Assembly: GCA_038065415.1 (NCBI GenBank)
Contig: JBBTRA010000006.1
Span: 15,262 to 79,261, forward strand
Reading direction: 5' to 3'
Length of the DNA stretch: 64,000 nucleotides
From: Patescibacteria group bacterium
GTDB lineage: Bacteria > Patescibacteriota > Minisyncoccia > Phycocordibacterales > PALSA-1337
In this document: one piece after another, positions 63,057 through 64,000 of the stretch
How positions within the stretch are numbered: the first letter of the stretch is position 1
How the letters are laid out: every line of letters begins with the position of its first letter
Position numbers and translations under genes: made by a program
The notes under the pieces: model-generated
The model's database searches: none
What the model was told of the DNA's origin: nothing
What the model saw: the letters and a program-made list of their open reading frames with translations, nothing else

Positions 63057-63773
63057 TCAGTGCGCGAGTGAAAGTGCTCGTACATTCTCAAATCCGACAC
63101 CTTTGAGTGTTTTTATAGCTTCATGCACGGTACTTCCTGTGGTGATCACATCGTCAATGATGAGTACGGGGGCTTTTCGAGCCGCTATATCTTGGTAGTT
63201 CAACCTTTCCAGTACCTCATGATCGATACTAAAGATTCCTCGAGCGCTTTCTAGGCGGTCTGCACGCCCCTTGAGCGTTTGTCTTGCTGCGTGCTGGGTG
63301 CGTATGAGCAGGTTTTTCTCAAAAATAAAAGATCCGCTTGACTCAATTTTTGCGAGCCGCTCCACTTCATCAATCAGTAACTCGCATTGATTGTATCCGC
63401 GTTCACGCCGTCGACGGGGAGTGATAGGAACAGGTACGATAAGGGTTTTCTTGAGATTTTCTGGGGTCGTGGCAGATTGGTGCTCTTGTAGTATCATCCG
63501 CAACAACGCATATCCGCCTAGCTGTATCGCCCATGGTGACTTCTTGTACTTTATACTCCACACTAGCTTCGAAACACGTTCGTCCTGATAGGCGAACACT
63601 GATCGTGCGCCCGGCAAGGGAAGTGCGAGGCCAGAAAAATCAGGGGCTGGCGGGAGTGACAGGTATGCATCCTTTGGAGAGTATGACAAAAGCTCCTGTT
63701 CTGCTGGGGAAAGAGGGAACAGGGCATCCAGTATTATTTTGCCTATACGTAACCCGAATCTTGTAGGGGTCAT
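63057..63773 (-). CDS. comFC: ComF family protein (ComFC-like phosphoribosyltransferase domain)
   Basis: C-terminal PRTase motif VLIIDDVITTGSTV; N-terminal region typical of ComF. Confidence 0.75.
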   Translation of the reverse strand: MTPTRFGLRIGKIILDALFPLSPAEQELLSYSPKDAYLSLPPAPDFSGLALPLPGARSVFAYQDERVSKLVWSIKYKKSPWAIQLGGYALLRMILQEHQSATTPENLKKTLIVPVPITPRRRRERGYNQCELLIDEVERLAKIESSGSFIFEKNLLIRTQHAARQTLKGRADRLESARGIFSIDHEVLERLNYQDIAARKAPVLIIDDVITTGSTVHEAIKTLKGVGFENVRALSLAH

Positions 63774-63885
63774 GAGTCGAGCATAGCAGGGGCATATGAT
63801 GAAATGATGAAGATAGCGGAAATACGCGCTTTTCTAGAATTCTCACAGGTTTCCTTCTTTGCTTCTTTCCATATATAATACCTCT

Positions 63886-64000
63886 ATGGCCCTGTTTTCC
63901 TCATTTTTCAAAAAAGAATCAAGTGTATTGGGCATAGATATCGGGTCATCTGCTATCAAAATCATACAGATCAAGAAGAAGCGTGGTCGTGCCGTCCTGG
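63886..64000 (+). CDS. pilM: Type IV pilus assembly protein PilM (actin-like ATPase), N-terminal fragment that continues beyond the window
   Basis: MALFSSFFKKESSVLGIDIGSSAIKIIQIKKK; ATG 63886 sits 6 nt after TATAAT (63874-63879). Confidence 0.5.
   Translation, partial: MALFSSFFKKESSVLGIDIGSSAIKIIQIKKKRGRAVL

Noticed and set aside
1-64000. CRISPR arrays, transposases, integrases
   Set aside because: No short direct-repeat and spacer periodicity and no transposase-like or integrase-like ORFs were seen.

Overview
This window reads like a streamlined bacterial genome, probably Candidate Phyla Radiation (Patescibacteria): short genes, few regulators, and many DNA-uptake and type IV pilus genes. 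From the ORF translations I recognise core information-processing genes: nusA, an rpoD-like sigma factor, rpsL-rpsG-fusA (interrupted), rpmB, rplT-rpmI-infC, smpB, ftsH, tyrS, recJ, recG, rnhA, adk-map, ndk and tpiA-pgk. A type IV pilus / competence set is spread across the window: PilB, PilC, three large prepilin-like minor pilins, a split ComEC, ComFC, a PilM start at the 3' edge, and an array of four paralogous pilin genes. Two RNA genes the ORF track misses are a tmRNA (ssrA) directly downstream of smpB, and a tRNA with anticodon UAU. A tRNA-Ser(GCU) on the minus strand has a GIY-YIG nuclease gene wedged against it, flanked by a duplicated 5' tRNA fragment that carries a 20-nt palindrome. 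The most novel-looking items are: (1) the variable pilin locus, where a large polytopic membrane protein and a CarS/DUF46-like CTP-transferase membrane protein sit among pilin paralogs, two of which share a near-identical ~150-nt 5' block; (2) a two-copy family of long, perfectly palindromic elements (37-41 bp arms) around a semi-conserved 36-nt loop; (3) the tRNA-Ser/GIY-YIG mosaic. Several genes (pilB, rnhA, two pilins, pilM) have a -10 box only 6-10 nt upstream of the ATG, which suggests leaderless mRNAs. No CRISPR array or obvious transposase was seen. All calls come from reading the sequence and ORF translations; nothing was searched against a database.
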